Source of the DNA: an uncultured Nitrososphaerota archaeon
GTDB taxonomy: Archaea; Thermoproteota; Nitrososphaeria; Nitrososphaerales; Nitrosopumilaceae
DNA length: 64,000 nucleotides
NCBI GenBank assembly: GCA_963701075.1
Contig: OY969559.1
Location: 1,568,001 to 1,632,000 of the forward strand
Reading direction: 5' to 3'
Part shown: positions 51,596-61,338 of the stretch, piece by piece
Layout: each line of letters opens with the position of its first letter
How positions within the stretch are numbered: position 1 is the stretch's first letter
The notes under the pieces: generated by a model
Told to the model about the DNA's origin: nothing
What the model saw: the letters and a program-made list of their open reading frames with translations, nothing else
The model's database searches: none
Position numbers and translations under genes: made by a program

Positions 51596-52348
51596 CTAAG
51601 TAACCTTGATTATTCCACTAGATACTAGATATTGTATTCCTTTTACAAAATCGTCATCTGATATCTGTCCTTGTGCCCACCACAAAGCACTTGTTTTAAC
51701 CCAAGCAGGAATCTGCTGCGATGAGGAAGATTGCACAGCTTGTGTTTGAGGCATCTTTAGTATTCCTTGCTGTATTAGATATTGCACACCTTGTATAAAA
51801 TCAGAATCGCCAAGCTGGCCTTGTGCCCACCATTTAGCGTTATTTCTTACCCAACTTGGTATTGAGCTTGTAGTAGACGAGGAATTTGTCATACTACCTT
51901 GTGTCATGTTAGAGTTTTGGCTACTATTACCTCCTTGTGTTGAATTTTGTGAGGCATACGGATGCATCTTAAAACTTGTCTGGTTTCCATATTGCCCAAA
52001 ATGATACGTTCCATTACCCATGGTTCCATTTTTACCATATTGGTGCGTCACGTATCCACCAGTCATGTTTCCGAATTGGTGCATCATGTAACCTCCGGTC
52101 ATGTTTCCATTAGGATTCATTCGGTAATTACCAGTCATGTTTCCAAAGTGGTGCGTTCTATGAGTTCCAGCGCCTTGATTTTGAAAATAATTATTATGCA
52201 TTCCAGATCCTGCCTGGTTTCCACCTGGCATTGCCTGTCCCATCCCTTGATTGTATTGAGCCCAAGCAGTAGTTGAGCCATATTCTAAGCTAGATAGTAC
52301 AAAAACAAATGCGAGAATTAACGGAATCGCCTTATTCTTGAAAAACAT
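51596..52348 (-). CDS. Secreted protein with GNMTG Met/His repeats and two IPxWxxNNAxWW domains
   Basis: Signal peptide; HHFGNMTG and GNMTGGYMMHQFGNMTG. Confidence 0.85.
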   Translation of the reverse strand: MFFKNKAIPLILAFVFVLSSLEYGSTTAWAQYNQGMGQAMPGGNQAGSGMHNNYFQNQGAGTHRTHHFGNMTGNYRMNPNGNMTGGYMMHQFGNMTGGYVTHQYGKNGTMGNGTYHFGQYGNQTSFKMHPYASQNSTQGGNSSQNSNMTQGSMTNSSSTTSSIPSWVRNNAKWWAQGQLGDSDFIQGVQYLIQQGILKMPQTQAVQSSSSQQIPAWVKTSALWWAQGQISDDDFVKGIQYLVSSGIIKVT

Positions 52349-52466
52349 AAGTTACAGTACCCCACAGTTTCAGTTTCAATATTCGCGTATTTTAAAATTG
52401 AGCAACAAAGTTTCTGAACATTGTTCTTGTCTAATTTTTTAATGCATGTCAAGTTAGAATCGAGAC

Positions 52467-53376
52467 CTATAATTTTAGTTCGAGTGATTCACGAAGCTCC
52501 TTGCATCGGTTCCGTATTGTCATCTCAGTAGTAGACGAGGAAGCCAGTACAATGGCCTTTTGAGACTTTGACTCGCCATTTATCTGACATGATATGTACA
52601 ATGCAGCGGAAGCAAACCCGACAGGATCTTTTCCTGAAGAGATTCCAATTTTCTTTGCCCGTTCTAAAATATTAAGTGCCGTACGCTTGGTTCGTTCTCT
52701 CACATCTACCTTGCTTGCGATGAAGACAAGTGATTTTACAGGATCTGCGACTGGCAGCTGCAAGTCTCAGCTCTTGAATAAGCTTCCTATAACTCCTAGA
52801 CAAAACTTTTCTATCAATATTGGCAAGATTGGCTATCTCCGACAAGGTATGAGGTATCTCATTTTTTCGGCACACTGCATAGAGCGAAGCTGCAAGTATT
52901 ACAGACGTGGATCTGCCCCTGCAAAGACGATTTAGATGAGCTTTCCTGTAAACATATGCAGTCTCTTGGACCATCATATTTGATAATGCGAGTTTGTCTT
53001 TCAGTCTTTCAAGCTCCGAAAACGCCTGACGATAATTTCTGTCTTCAGATGGATTTACACTTGTTCTACTGTCCCACATGCGGAGCCTTTCAATTTTGTC
53101 TCTTGCGTCAAATGGGATTGGTTTGCCATAGGCGTCCTTGCCTGAATTACCTATTACCGTGTTGAGGCCCATATCATGCATGGCAAGAGATATCGGACTT
53201 CCCACCCTTGACTGTGTTGGTGCGTCATCATAAGATCGCCATTCAGGTCCTGAGTGTTCAAGGTTTTCTTCAAGCACAAGGCCGCAGTGCTGACAGAATA
53301 ATTCTCCTCTAGTGGAATCAGTGATCATCTTTTGTTGTGCGCATCTTGGACAGTTTTTTGAGTACCATTCTTCCAT
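52467..53376 (-). CDS. tfb: Transcription initiation factor TFB, +1 frameshift at 52763-52772 (AGTCT/AGCT)
   Basis: CPRC...CQHCG Zn ribbon, GPEWRSY, GRSTSVILAASLY, GKDPVGFASAALY and TEMTIRNR. Confidence 0.92.
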
Positions 53377-53377
53377 T

Positions 53378-53755
53378 TTAGTTCACTTTACTTAGTATTT
53401 TTTCTCCAAGTTTGCATAGGTTAGATACCAAGTCACAGCTGACATAGAGCAGTTCTTTACCTAGAGAGAATATGAGTATGGCAATCTTTTCTCGCTTGAT
53501 GATAACATAGTTTACTTTGCCTAGTTTTCCATCAAATTCACGGTGCATTCTTGTAATCAATGCAGCTTCGGTTAGCACGACTTCGCCATCGTTTCTATCT
53601 ATAATGGGCACGAGTCCACGCCTAGTTCTGGAAACTATTGGTTTTCCATTGTCTGTAATGACTACTACGAAACGTATCTTTGGATCGAGTTTGATTACTC
53701 TATCACATGCAGATTCGCAGGTCTCCATCATGGGTTGATGATACATTTGCCCCAC
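53378..53755 (-). CDS. Roadblock/profilin-like thaumarchaeal protein, immediately upstream of tfb
   Basis: LDPKIRFVVVITDNG...MHREFDGKLGKVNY...REKI. Confidence 0.82.
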   Translation of the reverse strand: MGQMYHQPMMETCESACDRVIKLDPKIRFVVVITDNGKPIVSRTRRGLVPIIDRNDGEVVLTEAALITRMHREFDGKLGKVNYVIIKREKIAILIFSLGKELLYVSCDLVSNLCKLGEKILSKVN

Positions 53756-54108
53756 GTTGGAAAGGTAAGAAATGCAATGACCGATACATTGGAATTAGCT
53801 ATCGCGTTGTGCCTTGCCACATAATTGAGACGGTAGATAATTTATAATGATTTGCGATACTTTGTTAATGAACATTGTTAGTTGAAAAGTTTCAAGACAG
53901 CAAAGAGGAACTAGCAAAAATATACAATCCATGCAAGTTAAAAGCTGCAAAATCGATCGGTTGCCTTGATCTATCTGTTGAGAAAGCATTGTACAAGCAT
54001 ATGATCAAGCGTAGTTTTGATAAAATGATCTGTGTCAACTGTAAATCTAGTCTGTTGGGGTTATCATTAGCTTGTAGTTATTGATTTTTGTGTAGTTACA
54101 ACATTATT

Positions 54109-54795
54109 TTATGGGGATATAAGATGTCCCCAGCCTCTTGCAACAAACTTGGATATATCACTTGAGCTTATGCAAGCCGGTCTTGAATCAAATGAGTTTA
54201 AGACAAGGCCATATCCCGAAGGACAACTAACATTAGTTGGAGCAACCCCTGAGATTATTTGTTGTTCAGGGGATTTGGCAGACTGCGGTACGGAACTGGC
54301 AGTCACATTTCCATTAGAATTTGTTCCGTAATTACCAGTCATGTTTCCAAAGTGGTGCATCATGTAGCCTCCATTCATGTATCCACCTGTCATGTTTCCA
54401 TTAGAATTCATACCGTAATTACCAGTCATATTTCCAAAGTGACGTATCATGTAACCTACTGTCATATTTCCAAAGTGGTGCATCAAGTAACCTACTGTCA
54501 TGTTTCCGAATGGGTGCATCAGGTAGCCTCCATTCATGTAACCACCTGTCATATTTCCAAAGTGGTGCATCATGTATCCACCTGTCATGTTTCCATTAGA
54601 ATTCATTCCATACATTCCTGTATAATTTCCAAATGGTGCTACTTGTCCAGCGTTACCTCCCGAAATGGCCTGATTCACGCCTTGTTGAGTATAATTTTCT
54701 GGCAGGGTCTGTGCAATGGATGGTTGTACCATGATAACTTGCGAGGACACAAAAACGAACAGCATTACAAATAGAATTAATCTCATCATATCCAA
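54109..54795 (-). CDS. Secreted Met/His-repeat protein with a C-terminal two-Cys 'RGWG' domain
   Basis: Repeated GNMTGGYMMHHF-type units; SPEQQIISG...C...RPACI...ARGWG. Confidence 0.85.
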   Translation of the reverse strand: MDMMRLILFVMLFVFVSSQVIMVQPSIAQTLPENYTQQGVNQAISGGNAGQVAPFGNYTGMYGMNSNGNMTGGYMMHHFGNMTGGYMNGGYLMHPFGNMTVGYLMHHFGNMTVGYMIRHFGNMTGNYGMNSNGNMTGGYMNGGYMMHHFGNMTGNYGTNSNGNVTASSVPQSAKSPEQQIISGVAPTNVSCPSGYGLVLNSFDSRPACISSSDISKFVARGWGHLISP

Positions 54796-54886
54796 TATCT
54801 AGAGGAAAGGAAGATAAATGCAGGAATTATTTTCATTGTGTCTTTTGTGCAAAAAATTTTAGCTTTTACATAAAGGATGGCAGAAA

Positions 54887-56419
54887 TCATCCAACATTGA
54901 TAGAAAATTGCGCTGTCTCTGAAATTGGCATAAAGTAAATTCCATCTACTTCTACTACTACATTATAAGATCCTGCATCTTGGAACTGGTATGGTATAGT
55001 AATAGAACCTTCAGCAGCATGTAAAATCGAAGTTGTGAACACCTGGGTTGTTCCTTTCATAATTGTAACTTTGTAATCAACATGCTCTTCAATTGAATTG
55101 GTTTGATTGTCCATGAAAACAATATTGAGCTGAGTTGGCTGCCCAGTAATTGGATTTTCAGGATTGGTTGATAATCCGATTTTTATATTTCCACTGCTTG
55201 ATTGATTTGTACCTTCTGTCTCGTTATTTTTCTCGACAGTATACAGTGCCAGCATTCCACCTTCGATATGATCATACACATGACAATGGAATAGCCAAGT
55301 GCCAACGTTGTCAGGATACATATCTAGTACTTTCATGCTCATGGGAAGAAGTTCTACCATGTCTGTTCTCTTATCGTCCATCAACAGCGTGTTTCCATGC
55401 CAATGTGGTGAATGAATATCGCTTTCACCCCCCATACCAGCTACATACCAACGTACATGCGTATTCTGCTTCATCGTCAGGCCAGGAAGATTTCCATATA
55501 TGTAGCCATTTATCGAATACTTCAAGTTGCTTTCCCAAAACATAGGATCAGTCGTGTTTGCCTGTGACATGTTTTCTCCTGTAAATGTCTGGAGATTATA
55601 CGGAAAGTACGGGCTGTTTGTCTCATTAAATATTGTAAATAGCGTAACAAACTCTTGATCTACTCCCTTTGGAGTTCCGTCAGGATTTGCTTCCCCATGT
55701 CTTGTTATTATGATTGGTCCAACAAGCCCAGCGTTTGGATCGCCTATCTCATCAACGTGAGAGTGATACATCCATAATATCGAACTTGGATCGTCGGGTC
55801 CTGGACCTGCCCTCTCTGGAACCTGCCAGATGTATGTGAAGTTGCCTCCAGGAGGCACTGCATCACCTGGTTTTTCAGAATCTGGAATTCCATCATCATA
55901 TGGTGCGCCCTCTGAAGCTTTGTCATATAAAACTCCGTGAGGATGCATGCTTACAGGAATGCGGCAATTGTTCTTGAATACTACTTGTATTGTATCACCG
56001 ACTTCTGCATGAATCACAGGTCCCAATATGCCAAGATGCTCCCATTGTGCAGGCCTTGGTTGCAGCGTGGTAAAAGTACCATCAGTGTATCCTTGGTAAA
56101 GGCATTTCAGATATACACTTCCTATCCTGTCTTTTCCATTTTGGGTATAGAGAGCTGCCAAGGGATCAGTTGCAAGAGGCTTTCCTGTGATCATGTTCAT
56201 CCCTGTCGGAGCGTAGTTCCATTTTACTTCATTTGCAGCAATGTAATATGTACGTGTTACACCTTGAAACTGAGAAGGCGTAGCTGTCTGTGTCACCATT
56301 GTGACTTGATTAGAATTTTGATTTTGGTTTTCAGTAAAGTGATAAACAAGAACACCAGTCAATGCCGATGTCAATGCAATAATAATTCCAAACATTACAG
56401 TGGTGTTTCTAGAGGTCAT
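54887..56419 (-). CDS. Two-domain multicopper oxidase with an N-terminal TM and a C-terminal accessory beta domain
   Basis: HPH, WMYHSH, HSPHWH and FHCHVYDHIEGGM (T1 site in domain 2 plus trinuclear ligands). Confidence 0.93.
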   Translation of the reverse strand: MTSRNTTVMFGIIIALTSALTGVLVYHFTENQNQNSNQVTMVTQTATPSQFQGVTRTYYIAANEVKWNYAPTGMNMITGKPLATDPLAALYTQNGKDRIGSVYLKCLYQGYTDGTFTTLQPRPAQWEHLGILGPVIHAEVGDTIQVVFKNNCRIPVSMHPHGVLYDKASEGAPYDDGIPDSEKPGDAVPPGGNFTYIWQVPERAGPGPDDPSSILWMYHSHVDEIGDPNAGLVGPIIITRHGEANPDGTPKGVDQEFVTLFTIFNETNSPYFPYNLQTFTGENMSQANTTDPMFWESNLKYSINGYIYGNLPGLTMKQNTHVRWYVAGMGGESDIHSPHWHGNTLLMDDKRTDMVELLPMSMKVLDMYPDNVGTWLFHCHVYDHIEGGMLALYTVEKNNETEGTNQSSSGNIKIGLSTNPENPITGQPTQLNIVFMDNQTNSIEEHVDYKVTIMKGTTQVFTTSILHAAEGSITIPYQFQDAGSYNVVVEVDGIYFMPISETAQFSINVG

Positions 56420-56439
56420 AAGTCAGAATCTACCTAGTC

Positions 56440-57255
56440 TTACACCATGTTTACAAGCCAGCCAATCATAAAGCCAAAAAAGACTCCAATATAGATTGCG
56501 CGTTGGTTCAAGATGTGTACTAGTCTATTACCTATTTCTTCAACTGTTTCTGATTCTTTAACCATAATCTGTGGCCTAGCATCTGGTTCTCTGAAAAGTA
56601 TTCGAAACATTGGAAGTATGACGTATAGTATAGCGCCTATTGCTATTCCATCAAATGCCACATCAATGACGTTTGAATTGTAAAAGTATCCAACTCCTCC
56701 ACCGACTATTGTCGGAACACCTCCTATTAGGAACATCAGCAGCAATGCACCAAGCCTCTTGTCCAATTTCCCCGCCAGCGGTGCAGCTATTGGGAAGCCT
56801 TCCGTTAGATTCTGGAGAGTGAAACCCACCAATATGACAAGCGTCGTGCCTACAAGTCCATACTGCACACTTGCAGCTCCGAAGACCAACCCCTCAGTTA
56901 AATTCTGGAATCCCATCGCAATAGCAATTATCAGGGCCAGCATGACAGGTGACAACCCCTTCTTTGATCTGTGCTCAAGGAAATACAATACAAGAAATCC
57001 ACCAGCTACGGCTGCGCCAAATATAGCATCAAAAAGTGGGGATGTGCCATATCCTTCCAACGAACCGTTGGAAAGCATTGGAGTGACATCAGAGTACACA
57101 TCTGCCATTAAAAAGACAAGAATGCCAACCGCAGTGGCGTTAAGGAACTTGATTTTTCTATCACCCATTTTCTTGCGGAGAACAATTGGTAGCGACAGAT
57201 AGACAGAAAGACCCATGATTGCAGAAAGTGTTAATGTTACTATGAGGTCAACCAA
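56440..57255 (-). CDS. ZIP/ZupT-family divalent metal transporter
   Basis: Eight TM helices; signatures read QNLTEG twice in place of HNxxEG. Confidence 0.85.
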   Translation of the reverse strand: MVDLIVTLTLSAIMGLSVYLSLPIVLRKKMGDRKIKFLNATAVGILVFLMADVYSDVTPMLSNGSLEGYGTSPLFDAIFGAAVAGGFLVLYFLEHRSKKGLSPVMLALIIAIAMGFQNLTEGLVFGAASVQYGLVGTTLVILVGFTLQNLTEGFPIAAPLAGKLDKRLGALLLMFLIGGVPTIVGGGVGYFYNSNVIDVAFDGIAIGAILYVILPMFRILFREPDARPQIMVKESETVEEIGNRLVHILNQRAIYIGVFFGFMIGWLVNMV

Positions 57256-57256
57256 T

Positions 57257-58126
57257 TCAATTTCCTCCTACGCAGACTGGATTATTCATGCAATGAAGGT
57301 GAGCACCGGTAAGAATTGCACCTGAAAGATCTGCACTCTGCAAGTTTGCACCATCCAGATTGGCATTTGTCAGATTTGAACCATCAAGCTGTGTATCGGA
57401 AATGTTTGCGTTGCTCAAGTCTGCACCAGAAAGGTCAAGCTGAAGCAGCTCGGTATGGTAAAGATTAGCATTTCGAAAGATTGCTCCTTTAAGGTTTGCC
57501 CATGAAAAAGTACTATCATGGAAATTTCCGTCCGTGAAATTTGCATCAGTCATGTTAGCATAGCGAAAATCAACAAATGGGGCATCTACACCTACCAAGC
57601 TTGCACCGGAAAGATCTGACTCTGGCAGGTCGATGTTTGTCATCTCAGCATAATTTAGGTTGGCATTATTAAGATGTGCTTCTGTCAGATAGGCCTTCAA
57701 AAGATTTGCATGTGACAGATTTACGCCTTGAAGATTTGCATTGTTGAGGTCGGCGTGGCTCAGGTATGCGTTTGAATGGTCACATCCATGCCAGTCCACT
57801 AGTGGAAAGTTTTGGTCATTGCAGTTCTTTGATTTTTGATATGGCAGAGATGATTGTGTCATATTTTGAGACGGTTTTACAATAGTAGAATTCTCTTGGG
57901 GCATCCATGATGACAAGAACCTATTTTGAACAAACAGACTTATTCCTTGCAGATATTGGCCATCACTTATCTTTCCCTCAACCCATAGCTTTGCATTATC
58001 TTTTAACCACGATATACTAGTACTGTTATCTGCATATGCAGAATTTCTTGAAATCGCTGATAGTGTAATCACGGAAATTAATACTCCAGTCAACATAACG
58101 AGTGTTGAACGTTTCATTAGGCTCAC
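57257..58126 (-). CDS. Secreted pentapeptide-repeat protein with a degenerate WxKxNAxxW domain (start GTG 58126 or ATG 58117)
   Basis: Long A(D/N)Lxx repeat array and a signal peptide; 1 bp from the ZIP gene. Confidence 0.9.
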   Translation of the reverse strand: MSLMKRSTLVMLTGVLISVITLSAISRNSAYADNSTSISWLKDNAKLWVEGKISDGQYLQGISLFVQNRFLSSWMPQENSTIVKPSQNMTQSSLPYQKSKNCNDQNFPLVDWHGCDHSNAYLSHADLNNANLQGVNLSHANLLKAYLTEAHLNNANLNYAEMTNIDLPESDLSGASLVGVDAPFVDFRYANMTDANFTDGNFHDSTFSWANLKGAIFRNANLYHTELLQLDLSGADLSNANISDTQLDGSNLTNANLDGANLQSADLSGAILTGAHLHCMNNPVCVGGN

Positions 58127-58130
58127 CTAA
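58117..58130. promoter_or_regulatory. DtxR/SirR/MntR-like operator TTAGG-N4-CCTAA
   Basis: TTAGGCTCACCTAA lies between TATA (TTAAATA on minus, 58141-58147) and ATG 58117. Confidence 0.6.
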
Positions 58131-58394
58131 TTCGAACATGTATTTAATTTGTCGAGTAAAGATAATCCGTGAAAACAAATACTGATTCTAACAATGTAGA
58201 ATGCTGCCACAGCAGAAATATCATGTAAAATGATTTTTCACAGTATGAAAACAGTTGATTGTTTTTTTCTGGGTAAACGTCATACAGTTTCTACTTTTTC
58301 AAATCCTCCATGTGTGTCATCAAGTAACACGGTTACACAATACATTAAATTCAGATTGTGTTAGATAATGTGGAATAGGGATAATGTACGAATA

Positions 58395-58528
58395 ATGAAG
58401 AAAAAAAATTCAAGTGCAAGGAGTGCAAAATGGAGTTTGATGATCCTGTAAGGTTGGAGAGGCACTTCAAGGCAGCACATCCCCAAAAACACAGTGGCTT
58501 TAGACAAAAGTGGTATTGGGAAAGCTAA
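58395..58528 (+). CDS. Small C2H2 zinc-finger protein, probable homopolymer frameshift in the A8 run at 58401-58408
   Basis: FKCKECKMEFDDPVRLERHFKAAH...WYWES; ATG 58395 is in frame only with one more A. Confidence 0.7.
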
Positions 58529-58591
58529 CGTACAAAACTAACATGAAGTGCGATTCCGGACCCATTACAGAAAAAAGCATCCATTAAGGCA

Positions 58592-59950
58592 TTAGATGAG
58601 TTCCATACGTTGTATTATCTTCCCAAGTGTTATAGTATCCAAGCTTGAGCGAGCTTTACCTTCTTTTATTTTGGTGTGCCATTCCTTTACCTTGCCAAAC
58701 TTGTTGTTTTCACTGATTATCTTTACAGCAAGAATTGCGTTTGAACCATACCAAGAGATTGCAGACTGGACGACATATTGTAAATCATAGTCTGTCAGTA
58801 TAGGCCAGTGCCTGCTGATTGTGCTCTCAAGTGGCACGTCTGAAAGTCCTAGTCGTTTCTTGATCATGGACAGGATCTCAGAAAATCTAGATGGGTCTTC
58901 AAGTGCAGAAATTGAAACTTTTATGGCATTTCCATCTTGTGCACTCTTGTCATCATCTGAAAAAGTGAGTTTAACAGAGCCGCGCTTTCCCGAGATAATA
59001 ACATGGTCTTCTTTACTTTCAGTCATGCCTCCCATCTCTTTGATGATGTCAAGTAGAACCTGCAATCTCTCTTTTGTAATTTTTTCAATCAATATCATGG
59101 TATCATGTTTGTCATCTGCTGGAATAGTTACAGTCTCAGATGATTTTTCTAGATTTATCTTGATACAGCTTAGCGCTGCCCTTACAAGTTCAATGTCATC
59201 ATTTTCAAAGACCAAGGTGCCAGGAACTCTTTTGTCTTTGGAGCCCAGTCTGTTCAAAAAGCTGAAAATCTCCTCAGGTATGTTGCGCAATTCTTTGAGT
59301 TCAATGAAAACATTTTTCCCCAAATCATCTGATTTCCAATGAGATACGGTAGGTTCTGCCACAGTACACATTATGTTGTACGCTGCACGTTTTTCCATTG
59401 GCACAAGTGCCGTAGAACCACTGCCATCCTTATTTATACGATAATAGATTGTCCCCTCTATACTAGTACACTTTAAGATGTTTCCAAGATTGACTTTGGC
59501 TGTAAATTTCTCATTTTTATTGCTAACTTTAACTTGAATCCAAGTTCTGGTTTTAGGGTCAAATTCCTCCCATGTGTCCATGGTTGCAAGCTTGACATTA
59601 TCAGGATCTCCCAATTTTCTTATTTCCGGCTTGTATAACCTGGTTAACACCTTGACATGATCATCCAATGTATGAACAGATACTCCAATTCCCCACAGCG
59701 AGTCAAGAAACTCCTTTCGCGTAGAGTTATCCATTGTACATGTCCAGCGTCTTTCAACCATTCGTGGTGTTACTTGTAATTTATTGAGAATTCTATCTAG
59801 TTTGGTCTGTTGCGAGAAATGTATCGAGTTTATTTTTGTAAACGTATTCTTGTATGTCTCACAAAGATTTGGCTTTCCCCGCTGAAAGCAAAGATCACAG
59901 AATTCAAGAGGATTGGCATCATTTTGGGTCTTCACTGCATTTGCACCCAA
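58592..59950 (-). CDS. Hypothetical protein with an N-terminal Cys cluster
   Basis: 452-aa ORF; FCDLCFQRGKPNLC. Confidence 0.8.
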   Translation of the reverse strand: MGANAVKTQNDANPLEFCDLCFQRGKPNLCETYKNTFTKINSIHFSQQTKLDRILNKLQVTPRMVERRWTCTMDNSTRKEFLDSLWGIGVSVHTLDDHVKVLTRLYKPEIRKLGDPDNVKLATMDTWEEFDPKTRTWIQVKVSNKNEKFTAKVNLGNILKCTSIEGTIYYRINKDGSGSTALVPMEKRAAYNIMCTVAEPTVSHWKSDDLGKNVFIELKELRNIPEEIFSFLNRLGSKDKRVPGTLVFENDDIELVRAALSCIKINLEKSSETVTIPADDKHDTMILIEKITKERLQVLLDIIKEMGGMTESKEDHVIISGKRGSVKLTFSDDDKSAQDGNAIKVSISALEDPSRFSEILSMIKKRLGLSDVPLESTISRHWPILTDYDLQYVVQSAISWYGSNAILAVKIISENNKFGKVKEWHTKIKEGKARSSLDTITLGKIIQRMELI

Positions 59951-60123
59951 TTAATGCTAATTTCAATTTTTACCTTCCATATTCTTGCATAATAGTAGAT
60001 TTTTCAAGAGGTTTGCTGCCAGATTAGCTGAAAATGCCGTTACAGTGAATATAGGAATGTAAATCAGTAAACTCAAAATTTTAATAGGCATGAGGCTCGA
60101 AATAGTGCAGAAGTAATATTACC

Positions 60124-61293
60124 ATGTCGTTAACAAAAACTGAACTTTCCGCTCGTTCAAGATCGCTTTCAGTCATAATTCCAACATACAATGAATCCCA
60201 GAACATTACAAGAATGCTGGACATTGTTTCATCGTGTCTTCCTCCAGAAACAAATGCCGAGATTGTTGTAGTTGATGACAATTCCCCAGACGGTACGGGA
60301 AAAATAGCAGACGAATATGCAAGAAAGTCAAGAGATAATGGCGGTTGTGAAATCAAGATAATAAATAGAAAAGACGAGAAAGGTCTTAGCTCGGCAATAC
60401 TTGCAGGCATCAGGGCATCAAGTGGCGAGTCGGTTGTGGTAATGGATAGCGATTTCTCGCATCCACCAGAGACCATAACAAAGATGATAGAAGAGATGAA
60501 AAAATCTGATTGCGATATCGTGGTAGCATCAAGATATGTCAAAGGCGGTTCCATCACCGGATGGCCATTCAAGCGCAAATTGATTAGCAAGGGGGCAACG
60601 AAAATAGCACAGCAAAGCCTTGGAATAAAAATAAAGGACCCAATGTCTGGATTCTTTGCGTTTCGTAGACACGTTGTTAGAAACATCAACTTTGATGCAA
60701 TAGGATACAAGATACTATTGGAGATACTTGTAAAGGCAAGAGGAGCCAAGGTCAGAGAGATACCTTACAACTTTACAGATAGAAGAGAAGGCACAAGCAA
60801 ACTAGATGCAGCAGTAATCTTGGATTATACAAAATCGGTGTGGAAGCTATACAGATATGGTAGGTCCATAAGGGAGAGGAGAACCTCTGTTCATTTCCTA
60901 TCAAAGGCAGGACGATTCTACACTGTTGGAGCCACTGGACTGCTTGTAAACTATCTTGTCTCATTTCTCTTTGGTGCAGTTCTGTCCAATCTTTGGTATA
61001 TCTATGCAACTATGATTGGAATCATGTTTTCGATGACGTCAAACTTTATTCTAAATAAGATCTGGACGTTTGAAGACAGGGACATGAACCTAAAGCGGAC
61101 CCTTTTGCAGTATGGTTCATTTGTGTTATTTAGTGGAGTCGGTGCAATATTCCAACTTGGAATGGTATACCTAATGGTGGAAACAGAACATGTGAGCTAT
61201 GCGTTAGCTTTATTCATATCTGTTGCAATTGCGTCAATTGGCAACTTTATACTAAACAAGAAATGGACGTTCAAGGAAAAAATCTGGAGCTAG
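60124..61293 (+). CDS. GT2 polyprenol-phosphate glycosyltransferase (DPM1-like) fused to GtrA
   Basis: IIPTYNE, VDDNSPDGT, MDSDFSHPP and DPMSGFF; C-terminal four TM helices with NFILNKxWTF. Confidence 0.92.
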   Translation: MSLTKTELSARSRSLSVIIPTYNESQNITRMLDIVSSCLPPETNAEIVVVDDNSPDGTGKIADEYARKSRDNGGCEIKIINRKDEKGLSSAILAGIRASSGESVVVMDSDFSHPPETITKMIEEMKKSDCDIVVASRYVKGGSITGWPFKRKLISKGATKIAQQSLGIKIKDPMSGFFAFRRHVVRNINFDAIGYKILLEILVKARGAKVREIPYNFTDRREGTSKLDAAVILDYTKSVWKLYRYGRSIRERRTSVHFLSKAGRFYTVGATGLLVNYLVSFLFGAVLSNLWYIYATMIGIMFSMTSNFILNKIWTFEDRDMNLKRTLLQYGSFVLFSGVGAIFQLGMVYLMVETEHVSYALALFISVAIASIGNFILNKKWTFKEKIWS

Positions 61294-61338
61294 TACTTTT
61301 TTCCACATTTGCACTATCTTGTTCCCCTGAGGTAAAAC

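Noticed and set aside
52128-52140. TTACCAGTCAT matches to the PHA operator (also near 54332 and 54420)
   Set aside because: Half-sites only, inside coding repeats for NMTGN.
8417-53376. Genome decay or programmed frameshifting to explain the split genes
   Set aside because: Each gene has exactly one indel with no other decay and no slippery heptamers. The AGCT association points to systematic sequencing error.
54887-56419. NirK nitrite reductase
   Set aside because: It has a full HxH set for a trinuclear cluster and a T1 site in domain 2, the pattern of a two-domain oxidase.
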